Shown in pieces: positions 8,772-20,100 of a DNA stretch of 64,000 nucleotides (positions within the stretch are counted from its first letter, which is position 1; each line of letters starts with the position of its first letter). The position numbers and the translations under genes were made by a program. Location of the stretch: the NCBI GenBank assembly GCA_011364985.1, contig RDOC01000001.1, forward strand, positions 159,576 through 223,575, written 5' to 3'. Origin of the DNA: Candidatus Thorarchaeota archaeon. GTDB lineage: Archaea; Asgardarchaeota; Thorarchaeia; Thorarchaeales; Thorarchaeaceae. The notes beneath the pieces are model-generated. The model was not told where the DNA came from and did not search any database. It saw only the letters and a program-made list of their open reading frames with translations.

Positions 8772-11700
8772 GTGGCTCTGACGAACTTGCTAAGACGAAC
8801 AGCGACTGGTTTCGCAGTTTTGGTTCTAGTGATGGTCGTTTCAGTTAGCCCTATGATTGCTACGATGTCTGTACTACCGGAGATGACTGAAGAATCACCG
8901 GTAGTCAGAATAGATGACGCCCTCTTAGATGATATGAACTCGAGCAATGAAACTGATATTCTTCTCACGTATAGTGATGCTGTTACCGAATACAAAGCGA
9001 AAACATCAATTGAGATGATAGACAGCTCAGCCAGAATCATTGAGACATTCACTGACCTGAATATGCTTCGGGTGAAGCTCATAGGAAGCTCGATTGGGAA
9101 ACTGGTCGAACTGAATTTCATCACGAATATATGGTCAAATGAGTTGTGTGAGGTGTCATCAGGCACCAATGCCTTGAGTCCAAGCGTTGCATCAAATCAG
9201 TACCAACCTGCTATCGACCTTATAGGTGGTCGGGGTCTCTGGGAGGAAGGATTCAATGGAACAGGTGTTGTCATTGCGGTTCTTGACACAGGTGTAGATA
9301 GCACCCATGCAGACCTTGACGACTTTGATGATAATGCCAGCACTTCTGACACGAAAGTTGCAGCTTCGGCATCCTTCTCCGAAGGCGATACACTGCCCAT
9401 CGATATAATAGGCCATGGGACTTACGCGGCATCAATTGCTGCAGGCACTGGGAATAGCTCGGAAGGCTTGTATGCCGGGATAGCTCCAGGAGCTACTATT
9501 CTTTCAGCCAAGGTAACACTGGGAGGCCTATACGCATCACCTAGCTGGATTGTATCAGGAATCGAATGGGCTGCAAGTAGAGGCGCAGACATCATCCTCC
9601 TGCCCTTCAACACCTTTGGTGCGCCAGGAGATGCTGTTTCTGTCGCAGTACGCGAAGCAGCAGAGAAGGGAATCTTCGTTGTTGCGGCGGCCGGTGACGA
9701 TGGACCAGATTACCTCACAATCATGTCACCAGGGGGTTCTGCTGCAACATTTACAGTTGGGGCGTATGATACCGAGAAGCAAGAGATTCCTGATTTCTCG
9801 GGAAGAGGACCATCTCTTGACCTCCTAACAAAACCGGACATTGTGGCACCAGGCGTAGGTGTTGTTGGAGCAAAGATGGGATCTGCGCTCGAAAGCCTTG
9901 GTTTCGGATCCTTTGACCTTGGCACCATTGGAAGCCTCTCGGGGCTTCTCGGTGGCGATAGCACCGGAGAAGACCTTGATGAGTACTACATGGTTGACGA
10001 TACAACAACTGCATCTGCATCAATCGTAGCAGGAGCTGCTGCAATTCTCATGCAGGCATTCGATAGGGTAACACCCATTGCCCTTGGCAATGTCCTAAGA
10101 GACACTGCAACTCTAATTCCCTACGGAGCAAATGATGGAGGTGCTGGACTTCTCAATCTGCAAGCAGCATTTAGCTATCTTCGAACCAAGCAAGAGCCCA
10201 TAAACCCCCAAAACAGAACAACGGGAACATCACAACTTGCTCTTGGTATCGTGACAACTGCAGGAACTGATTCCTCAACCATTCTACTAATGAGCAGCTA
10301 CGGTACTACTGTGGCAGCAGTTGATACACGAACTAGTCAAGACACCAGCATTCACATTCTCATGGGGATGTTTGCCCTCAGCTGGGAAAACAGAAGCCCC
10401 ACTAACCTCATGGAATTTGAAGTGAAAAGTGAACTTCACTACACTAGACTAGACTCAGGAGATCTTGGTTACAACAGAATGGTTGGAGTTCTTGCGTATG
10501 ATGAGATTTATGTGGTTCTGCTTGTGGAATCATATAATCTTACAACATATTCTTCTTTGCCACTTGACGGATTAAAGGTAACACCGTATATTCTTAATCT
10601 GGGTCCTAATCCTATTGATAATGTCAGTCTATTCCTGTCCTATTCTCTTGATCTCTTTAGTGACGGAGAGGATGACCATGGAAAATACTCGTTGGGCATG
10701 CAGGAGTTGTTTGTCTATGGCCAATCAGAAGACTTGGATAGCTTCTACTTCGGTCTGAATTCCAGCATCCCATTATCCGCCTTTGAGATTGGCAATTCTT
10801 CCGAGGTATCATCTCATATTTCAGATGACGGCTTGACCGGCTCAACCACATTCGACGGTTCGGTGGGTCTAGGGATGAAATGGCATTTTGGAGAACTCCC
10901 TGTGAAGAAACCAGCTAACGTTTCAATTGCTATGGGCTTCGGAGAGAATCGAACAGTCCTTGATGCGTCAATCCTAGCACAATGGGAAGCAGAGCCTCCA
11001 TCTACGGTTACTGATGAAGGAGACCTCATTATTGTCGAGGCAGACATTCCACGAGTTGCCGAGATAGGGGAGCATTATAAAACAAGGGCAGTCATGATCA
11101 ACGTGGGTGGAAATGCCTCACAAGCGACCGGCGCATTCTTGGTGGCAAAGGAAGAGGACAACGGACTATCGATGTTCAGCAGAGTGTTCTTGTTTGATGA
11201 AGTAAAACCATTCCATGCAGAGATACTAACAACAACTTGGAGCCCTGAGAAGATGGGCATAAACACTGCTGCATGGATTGCTGCACCAGATTTCGCTATT
11301 GTAACACAACTATTCTTGGGAACAGCGAATATCGTTGACCTGATCAATCTCTTGGACAACTTTCTCTTGCGAGATGTTTTTGTCATTGACCCAATCTCCT
11401 CAACATCAGTGTTCCCTAAACAGCTGCCATTTGCACCCTTTGATATCGTATTTCCCGCTGATTTTGGTTTATACACATTCGTAGTCGCCACAACAGAAAG
11501 CCTTGGAAACCTCACTGTACAGAAGTATGGCAATGCAAGCGATTGGGGTAATGCCACACTACCAAGTACAGAAACAGTGGAGGGTTATTACAACTTCTCA
11601 CTCTTTCTTCTAGCATCCCCGATAACCATTGATGGATACCATCGATGTGACTATGTAATCGATACGGACACAGGCTGGACCTACAATATTACGTTGGAAA

Positions 11701-13142
11701 CAAGCCTTAGATATCCTAGAGCAATGATGCTGGTTGACACCTCTCACGGGGGAGGATTGAGTTTCTTTGGAGGCTTTGGGGATGTGGGAGGTATGGGAGA
11801 TATTGGCGGAAGCATGGAATTCCCGCTTGCACAGGATGATAGCGGAGGCATTTCACTTGATTCAGGATTCGACCTCAGCAGCCTTGGAGACCTAGGTGAT
11901 CTTACCGGTCTATTGGATGCATTTCGTCTCACAACATTCTCAGGACTATCAAGCATGAAGAAAGCGATGGCCAACAGAGGTCTTGATTTGGTTGAAACGC
12001 CAGGAATTGAGCTTGATGAAGACCTTCTAAGCCAGTTCTCGGCAGTCTTTGTCTTCAGTCCAACGGAAGAATTCAACAGCACAGACGTTGACATGCTCAG
12101 GAAATATACAAGAGATGGTGGCAAGCTAATAGTCCTTGGAGATGAGGATGGTACAGCCAATCTAACTGGCATTAACAATTTGATTTCGCCTTTTGGATAC
12201 TCGATGCAAGGCGCTCATCGGCAAGAGAACACCACAGACATCATAAGTGGAACGCTGCTTGGGAGTAGTCTAGACTCAATCTGGCTTGGTGGTGGAACCT
12301 ACATTCTGGGTAATCAGTCGTTATCCACCGCTTTCGTCAATGGAAAACCTGTTGTCCTCCTTGACGATTCAAGACCAGAGTTGGCCCTCTTTGGGTCTTC
12401 AAGAATATTCATGAACAAGAATCTTGCAAAATGCAACAATTCTCTTCTATTAGATAATCTAATCACATACCTATTGAGAAACACGCTGACGGGAGAGGCA
12501 TCACTGGCTGAAGACACCCACTTATACGAGGCGGGAAAGAGCGTCTATCTGAATCTTGTGATAACAGACATACATGGGCGTCCTGTGAACGATTTGTTCG
12601 TGGCAATAGCCTTTGAGCTGCCCAATGATACGCTTGTCTTTTTTATTGCCGGATTTGTGGAGAACGGACTCTACTCGTCCCAGTTCACTCCGAGCTACTG
12701 GAAATCAGCAGGAAGAATCAACGGTATCTTTGTGATAATGGGTGGGGAGAACTATGCCAATACCTATGCCGGCATAGGATTCGAGCTTTATGAACCAAGT
12801 GCCACTACAGGAGTCGAGCCGCCGTTCAGACTCTTGACAATGGCCCAGATAGCCATGTTAGCTGCCGGCGGCATCTTTGGCTCTCTAATACTGGGGCTCG
12901 TCTACAATAGAAGAGCCAAGCGCAAGAAGATGCGCATCATTGAGATTGAGCCCGAATTAGTGAGAGAGATTGACAATACGCTAAATGCATTGCTTGCTGC
13001 TTTCACGCAGATAGAACAGCTCATCCAACGAGAAGACCTAGACCGAGTACAGAAAATAGAATCGTTGAGAGGACTTATGGAAGGGCTCGAAAAGGGACAA
13101 AAGGAGTTCAAGAAGGTGAGCGATAGAGTGGGAGGTGTGTGA
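8772..13142 (+). CDS. Membrane-anchored S8 subtilase-like protein with GIFT/DUF4350-like domain (Site-1 protease-like architecture; probable pseudoprotease)
   Basis: Signal peptide, prodomain, VAVLDTG (Asp), GHGT (His), KPDIVAPG. The Ser motif reads DTTTASASIVAGAAA. Then LVDTSHG...FSPTEEF...GGKLIVLGD...NNLISPFG...LFGSSRIF, a TM and a coiled-coil tail. Confidence 0.85.
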   Translation: MALTNLLRRTATGFAVLVLVMVVSVSPMIATMSVLPEMTEESPVVRIDDALLDDMNSSNETDILLTYSDAVTEYKAKTSIEMIDSSARIIETFTDLNMLRVKLIGSSIGKLVELNFITNIWSNELCEVSSGTNALSPSVASNQYQPAIDLIGGRGLWEEGFNGTGVVIAVLDTGVDSTHADLDDFDDNASTSDTKVAASASFSEGDTLPIDIIGHGTYAASIAAGTGNSSEGLYAGIAPGATILSAKVTLGGLYASPSWIVSGIEWAASRGADIILLPFNTFGAPGDAVSVAVREAAEKGIFVVAAAGDDGPDYLTIMSPGGSAATFTVGAYDTEKQEIPDFSGRGPSLDLLTKPDIVAPGVGVVGAKMGSALESLGFGSFDLGTIGSLSGLLGGDSTGEDLDEYYMVDDTTTASASIVAGAAAILMQAFDRVTPIALGNVLRDTATLIPYGANDGGAGLLNLQAAFSYLRTKQEPINPQNRTTGTSQLALGIVTTAGTDSSTILLMSSYGTTVAAVDTRTSQDTSIHILMGMFALSWENRSPTNLMEFEVKSELHYTRLDSGDLGYNRMVGVLAYDEIYVVLLVESYNLTTYSSLPLDGLKVTPYILNLGPNPIDNVSLFLSYSLDLFSDGEDDHGKYSLGMQELFVYGQSEDLDSFYFGLNSSIPLSAFEIGNSSEVSSHISDDGLTGSTTFDGSVGLGMKWHFGELPVKKPANVSIAMGFGENRTVLDASILAQWEAEPPSTVTDEGDLIIVEADIPRVAEIGEHYKTRAVMINVGGNASQATGAFLVAKEEDNGLSMFSRVFLFDEVKPFHAEILTTTWSPEKMGINTAAWIAAPDFAIVTQLFLGTANIVDLINLLDNFLLRDVFVIDPISSTSVFPKQLPFAPFDIVFPADFGLYTFVVATTESLGNLTVQKYGNASDWGNATLPSTETVEGYYNFSLFLLASPITIDGYHRCDYVIDTDTGWTYNITLETSLRYPRAMMLVDTSHGGGLSFFGGFGDVGGMGDIGGSMEFPLAQDDSGGISLDSGFDLSSLGDLGDLTGLLDAFRLTTFSGLSSMKKAMANRGLDLVETPGIELDEDLLSQFSAVFVFSPTEEFNSTDVDMLRKYTRDGGKLIVLGDEDGTANLTGINNLISPFGYSMQGAHRQENTTDIISGTLLGSSLDSIWLGGGTYILGNQSLSTAFVNGKPVVLLDDSRPELALFGSSRIFMNKNLAKCNNSLLLDNLITYLLRNTLTGEASLAEDTHLYEAGKSVYLNLVITDIHGRPVNDLFVAIAFELPNDTLVFFIAGFVENGLYSSQFTPSYWKSAGRINGIFVIMGGENYANTYAGIGFELYEPSATTGVEPPFRLLTMAQIAMLAAGGIFGSLILGLVYNRRAKRKKMRIIEIEPELVREIDNTLNALLAAFTQIEQLIQREDLDRVQKIESLRGLMEGLEKGQKEFKKVSDRVGGV

Positions 13143-13143
13143 G

Positions 13144-14133
13144 ATGTCTGATGCTGAGAAGACTCAAGCACTCGAGATTGACATCAAGGACCTCAAGGTT
13201 GCCTTTGGTGATTTTTACGCACTTAATGGGGTTTCGTTTTTCGCTTACAAGAAGGAGTTCCTCGGAATCATTGGGGCCTCTGGAGCAGGGAAGACCACTG
13301 TTCTCCGTGTTCTTACAGGACAGGTCGGACCAACCTCTGGTCAAGCCTTTGTTGGCGGCTTTGATGTGACTAAGAAGAGCGACCTAATCAGCCTTCTAGT
13401 TGGCTACGTTCCTCAACTAGAGCATCTCAGTCTGTACTATGACTTTACCGCCCTTCAAAATGCCGAGTTCTTTGGTAGGTGTTTTGGCCTGAGGCCTAAG
13501 GAGATAGAGAAGCGTGCTCGAAACATCCTGACAATTCTTGGTTTCGATGAAGAACTCATGACAAAGGCGGTAAAGAGACTCTCAGGTGGAGAGAGGAAGC
13601 GTGTTTCCATTTGTCTTGGCATGATTCATGATCCCCCAGTGCTGTTGCTCGACGAACCTACAACCGGCCTCGATGCACACCTCAGACACGAGACTCTGAA
13701 CTACCTGAAAGAACTGAACTACGAACTGGGAACAACGATGGTCATCATCTCCCATGACCTTGAGATTGTTGACTATTGTACACGAGTATGCCTGCTGGAA
13801 GACGGGCTCATTAGCCAATTTGGCACTCCAGAGGAGTTGATCTCCACGCTGCCCGGAAAAGGCGAGAGTTTGAGGATTGTTCTTCCAAAGATAACGACTG
13901 GAATCATGAACCAAGTGATGTCACTTCCTGGCGTCGAATATGTGGCTGCAGCCGGTAGAAACGCAGTCAAGCTTTTCATTGATGATCCGGATAAGCAGAT
14001 TCTTCCAATTATCAAAATGCTCAACCAGAGAGGTATACCCTTTGAGGAGATATCCCTAGTAGAGAGCGATTTCTTCGATTACTTCCAAGTGAAGCCTTGG
14101 AAAGACAATGGTGGAGGAGAGAGTACTCCGTGA
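13144..14133 (+). CDS. ABC-2 type ATP-binding protein
   Basis: GASGAGKTT, LSGGE, LLLDEPT, ISH and a C-terminal DUF4162/ACT-like extension. ATG 13144 follows the stop of the preceding gene. Confidence 0.92.
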   Translation: MSDAEKTQALEIDIKDLKVAFGDFYALNGVSFFAYKKEFLGIIGASGAGKTTVLRVLTGQVGPTSGQAFVGGFDVTKKSDLISLLVGYVPQLEHLSLYYDFTALQNAEFFGRCFGLRPKEIEKRARNILTILGFDEELMTKAVKRLSGGERKRVSICLGMIHDPPVLLLDEPTTGLDAHLRHETLNYLKELNYELGTTMVIISHDLEIVDYCTRVCLLEDGLISQFGTPEELISTLPGKGESLRIVLPKITTGIMNQVMSLPGVEYVAAAGRNAVKLFIDDPDKQILPIIKMLNQRGIPFEEISLVESDFFDYFQVKPWKDNGGGESTP

Positions 14134-17100
14134 AACGAAACAGAATACTCCTAGTATTATTGTGTGCTTGTGTGCTAATCGGACTCCAAGCATTAATTGG
14201 AGATCCCACAGGGCAATCTGTTGCCATCATACAGGACAGGTCCAGTGCAGTAGTCGCGGAGATTGCTCCGTTCGACACCGCGATTGTGTGGTCCAATGAC
14301 ACAGGAGGACAGGTGGCTGGTATTGCCATTGCTAATTTTGATGGCGATAACTACGATGAGATGGCGGTGGTCACTCAGGCCGGGGTGTTACAGCTCTATG
14401 ATCACACTGGGAATCGTCTCTGGAGCAGAGACCTGATGACTCCAGCCAATGACATCGCGACCTTGGATAGGAACGCCGACGGAGAAATGGAGATCGTGGT
14501 GGGAACTGACGATGGCTTCATGGTGATGACAGCATCCCAGACCGTTCTTGCCAATATTGCCCTTCCAAATCCAGTACAGGCCGTTGATTCCGGTGACCTT
14601 GATCTGGACACCTTTGACGAGGTCTTCATTGGATGCGATGACAACCATCTCTACGCCTATGAGGCAAATGGCACCTATATCTGGGAGTTTGCAAGCAATG
14701 GGCCCATCACTCAGGTTCTGGCCGCTGATGTTGACCTCGACAGTGGAGCAGAGGTGCTTGTCGGGTCCTCAGCTGGAAAATTCGCTCTGGTCGAAACCAC
14801 TGGAGCCGTCACATTCAGTGTAGACAAGGCTTATGCTATCACTGGAGTGGCTGCAGGAAACCTGCTGAGCGGGGGAAATCTAGAGGTAGCCTTTGGTACC
14901 GCTGGGGGCGAAATTGCAGTCTATCGAAGTGCCGGCACTCCAGAATATGGCATCTACCATGATGATGCAGTGACCGCCTTGCACATTGGACAGCTTGTTT
15001 CTGGAGGCTTTGATGAGATGGCCTTTGGCACTGCAGGAAACGAACTGCACGTCTACAATGGCACCGGCTCTATGCAATGGAATAAGACGTTGGCAGGCCA
15101 AGTAAACAGCATCCGCTTTGCCAATGTGGGCGGTCTCCCGAACAATCAGCTCATCTCTGGTACTGGGGCTGGGACCCTCAACGTCTACAATGCCACAGGT
15201 TACAGGGTGGTTCAGACTACCCTTGATACTTTCCAAGGAGTCATTGCCATCGGTGATATCGACACCAATGGCAACAGCGAGTATGCCGCAGGAACCAACA
15301 ACGGCATCATTAACGTCTACGGAAGGGATCTTGATGGCGACGACCTTGCAGATGCGCGAGAAACCCTCATCGACCTCACTAACCCCGCAGAGCCTGACTC
15401 GGACTATGACAATTTAGATGATGGTGAAGAGGTTCTTCAGTATGGTACAGATCCAAATAGCGACGACTCAGACTCAGATAAGCTGAAGGACTTCTCAGAA
15501 GTTCACACCTATGGAACCGATCCCAACGATGCTGATTCTGACGATGACCTTCTCACAGACTGGCAAGAGATCTACCTCGGTACCGATCCCAATGACGAAG
15601 ACTCGGACGGAGATGACTTGACAGACTTTGAAGAGAACAACGTGACTCTCACGGACCCACTTGATTCTGACACGAACAACAATGATATCAATGACGGGGC
15701 TGACGATAATGATGGCGATGGCCTGACAAATCTGCAAGAAGTGCGTCTTACGCTTACCGATCCCAATGATGTGAACACAGATGGAGATGCGCTCAGCGAT
15801 TATTATGATGATGAGGACGCAGATAGCCTCGCCAACTGGAAGGAGATTCAGGTCGGTGCGGACCCGCTTGATCCTGACTCAGATGATGACTTGCTTTTGG
15901 ACGGTGCAGAGGTCAAGATATGGAAGTCCAGCCCCACGAATCCAGACACTGACGGAGACGATTTGACCGACTATGAAGAAGTCATGATTGTTGGCTCGAA
16001 CCCCACCAAAGCTGATACTGACGAAGACACGCTGTCTGACTACGAAGAATACGTGACCTACGGAACCAACGTCACCAATGCCGACTCGGACTATGACGAC
16101 TTGGAAGATGCAGACGAGATCAATGAGTACTTCACAGACCCTCTCGATTGGGACTCGGACGGAGATACTCTGTCGGATGGCGACGAAGTAAATGTATATG
16201 GTACTGACCCCAACTCGGTGGACACGGATCTAGACACGCTTTCGGATGATTATGAGATTACACAGGGAACGAACCCCAAGAAGGCAGACACCGACGGAGA
16301 CACGATAAATGACGCGCTTGAATTGCTTACCTATTTCACCAATGCCACAAATGTCGACACCGATGGCGACCTGATTCGGGACAACGATGAGATCAAGTAT
16401 CTGGCATTTGGTTTCGACCCCACGGATTCGACTTCTTGGGGGCAGCCAGAGAGCGATTATGATTATGATGCTGACGGTGACTTGCTTACTAATGGTCAGG
16501 AGATATACCTCACCCGAACGCATCCAGGCCGAATTGACTCAGACCTAGATGGTACCAACGACAATCTTGAGGATGCTGACTTGGATGACATCAACAACTA
16601 CGATGAGATCAACGTGACTGATACAGACCCTCGAAATCCTGATACCGATGGGGATGAAGTGAAGGATGGTGATGAGTATCTCATTTTAGGAACTGACCCC
16701 AACGATGAGGACACGAATGATAATTCAATCAACGATTATGATGAGGACCCCGATGAGGACAACCTCTCCAATGGTGTCGAGCTCTATATCACCGATACTG
16801 ACCCCTTGGACGCAACAACTCACGGGACAACGCCAGACGACGAATATGATGGTGACGGAGATTTCTTGCCAAACTGGTTTGAAGTCTTTAGAACTGGGAC
16901 TGACCCGCTGTACAATGATACCAATGACAATGGCATCTTTGACTGGGAGGAGGACCCAGACAATGATGATTTGACCAATCTGCAGGAGTATGAGGTATGG
17001 AGAGATTTTGGGTACGAGTGTGATCCCCTCGATGCAGACTCTGACAATGACCAACTAACGGATGGTGAAGAGGTCCTCTACACGCTCACCGATCCCAGCG

Positions 17101-20100
17101 ACAATGATGACGACGATGACACGATTCTCGATGGTCAAGACGACCAGGACAACGATGGCCTAACAAACATAGAGGAACTGCGGATCTATAACACGAATGC
17201 CACCAATTGGGATACCGACGGAGACATGATCCGCGACGGGCTTGAGATTCAGATAGGGCTGAATGCGACAAACTTTGACACGGATGGGGATGGGATCTAT
17301 GATGGATGGTTCGATGAGGATGGGGACGGAATCTATGACCCTGAAGAGCTAGGAGAAGATGTGGATGCAGATGGCATTGTTGACCCTGAAGAAACCGACC
17401 CGAACAACGCAGATTCCGACGGGGATGAGTTAGATGATTATGAGGAATACTTAGTGGGCACGAATCCGTTGAAACCAGATTCGGACGAAGATTTGCTGCT
17501 TGATGGTCAGGAGGTTCTTCACTTCGGGACGAATCCGCTTTCAAACGACACTGATGGAGATCTCCTTGATGACTATATTGAGGTGAATGTTACCCTTACC
17601 GACCCAACTAATATGTGGTTCAATGGCACTCACACGGATTACCAAATTGACTCGGATAATGACATGCTGTCAAATGGTGACGAAATCTACATCTATGACA
17701 CTAGCCCCGGCGACTTCGACTCCGATGACGACCTCATTGGAGATGGCGAAGAGATACTTGTCTATGGCTCAGACCCGCTAAAATGGGACTCCGATGGAGA
17801 CCTGCTATCGGACTACGATGAGATTATGAGATACGGGACGAACCCCGCGGCCCAGGACTCTGACGCAGATCAGGTCGATGACTATTCGGAGATTGTGATT
17901 CTTGGCACTGATCCGAACCTATGGAGCACAGCAGGCAACGGCACTTCAGACTATGACCGAGATGAGGATGGAGATGGTCTAAGCAACGGTCTCGAACTCT
18001 ATGGTTACCACAGCAATGCCACGTCTTCTGACACTGATGGAGATGAATTGGAAGATGGCATAGAGGTCTATCTCGCAGGGAGCAGCCCGACCGACAAAGA
18101 CACTGACGATGACGGTGTTAGTGACTACTTAGAATACATGGTCTACCACACAGACGCTTCGGGCTCGGATTCAGACTCAGACGATTTGACGGACTACTAT
18201 GAAATCTACGTGTCCCTTACGAGTCCTACTGACTGGGACTCAGACGATGACCAGCTCTCTGACGGTGACGAGGTGAATGAATATGGGACAGACCCCAAGG
18301 CAGCGGACTCGGACAACGACCAGCTCAATGACAGAAGGGAGCTGTTTGAGGTTGGTACCGACCCCTTGCTCAACGATACTGACGGAGACACCCTCAGTGA
18401 CTACGAAGAATGGGTTATTTACGGTACAGACCCGCTAGTGGCCGATGCAGACGAAGATGGACTTAACGACGCAGAAGAAATAGAGAACGGAACTGACCCA
18501 GAGAATGAAGACTCCGACTTTGATTCCCTTAGCGATTATGATGAGGTCAATATCTACGAAACCAGTCCTATTAACGCAGACACAGACTTTGATAACCTTG
18601 CAGATAGTGATGAAATATTCAATAGCAAGACCGATCCCAATCGCGCGGACACCGATGGGGACTCAATCCCGGATGACCTTGATGATAAGGACGCCGATGG
18701 AATAAGCAACTTCGATGAGATCTACGTGTATGAAACCAACTGCACTCTCTTTGACACCGACGGGGATATGCTAGGGGATGGCTATGAAATCGCACAAAAT
18801 CCATGGGTAACCGACCCGAATGAGGTTGATACCGATGATGATTTGCTTAGCGACTGGGATGAAATCTTCATGTGGTCTAGCAATCCAACACGCAAGGATA
18901 CCGACGGGGATCTCCTCCAAGATGGTGAGGAAGTTCTGACCTGGCACACCGACCCTAACCTCGATGATACAGACGCCGATATGGTCAACGATTATGATGA
19001 AATCAAGGTCTTCGAAACAAACGCGTTGGACCCCGATTCTGATGATGACAATTTGTCCGATGGTTATGAGTTGTTCGTCTACAACACGGACCCCCTCAAT
19101 GAAGACACAGACAATGACAGACTACTGGACGACGAAGAGGAATTCTATGGTACTGACCCAAGAGTGGAAGATACAGATGAAGACGAACTAACAGACTATG
19201 AAGAAGTGTACTTGACGGGTACAGATCCGACCCTATACAGTACGGAGGGCGACGGAATTTCAGACGCCGACCGTGACGGCGATAACGACATGCTCACAAA
19301 TTCTCAGGAGATTCGTCTGACTAAAACAAACCCTGCTAGCAATGATACCGATGCCGATGGCAAAATCGATGGATTAGATGACGAGGATAGAGACCTCTTG
19401 ACCAACTACGAGGAATGCGTCATTACTGAAACTGACCCCAGAGACAGAGACTCCGACGACGACGGTGTTAGCGACCTGAACGACGATCAGGACGGGGATG
19501 GACTCACGAATGGTGATGAGGTGCACATTTATCTGACAGACCCGCTACGTCGCGATACTGACGGAGACAAACTGTCTGACAGAGAAGAGGTTGAAGACTA
19601 CGGCACAGATCCGCTCGTCAAGGACACGGACATGGACGAAATCGAGGACTACGAGGAGATAAACACCTATCACACCAATGCGACCTACTTTGATACAGAC
19701 TACGACCTGCTCAGCGATTGGATCGAAATCTTCCTAACTGAAACTGACCCGACGAATATGTGGTACAATGCGACTCATACGGACTATGAGATTGACTCAG
19801 ATGGTGACTTCTTATCCAATGGTGCAGAGATCTACAATTACGCCACATCACCGGGAGACCCTGATTCGGACAACGACAACTTGCTTGATGGCGAAGAAAT
19901 CGCACTGGGAACGGACCCCCTTGAAGAAGACTCAGACTTGGATAATCTCATTGACGGCTTGGAAGTGCACGTATACCAAACTGACCCCCTCTCCGAGGAC
20001 ACCGACGAAGACCAAATCAATGACTACGATGAAGTGCGCATCTACTTCACGAACCCAAACGTTGAAGACACGGATCAAGACAACCTATCAGATTACGATG

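Noticed and set aside
14097-14129. ATG 14097 start for the giant protein
   Set aside because: Overlaps the upstream ATPase by 37 nt; GTG 14130 gives a GTGA coupling and a clean signal peptide.
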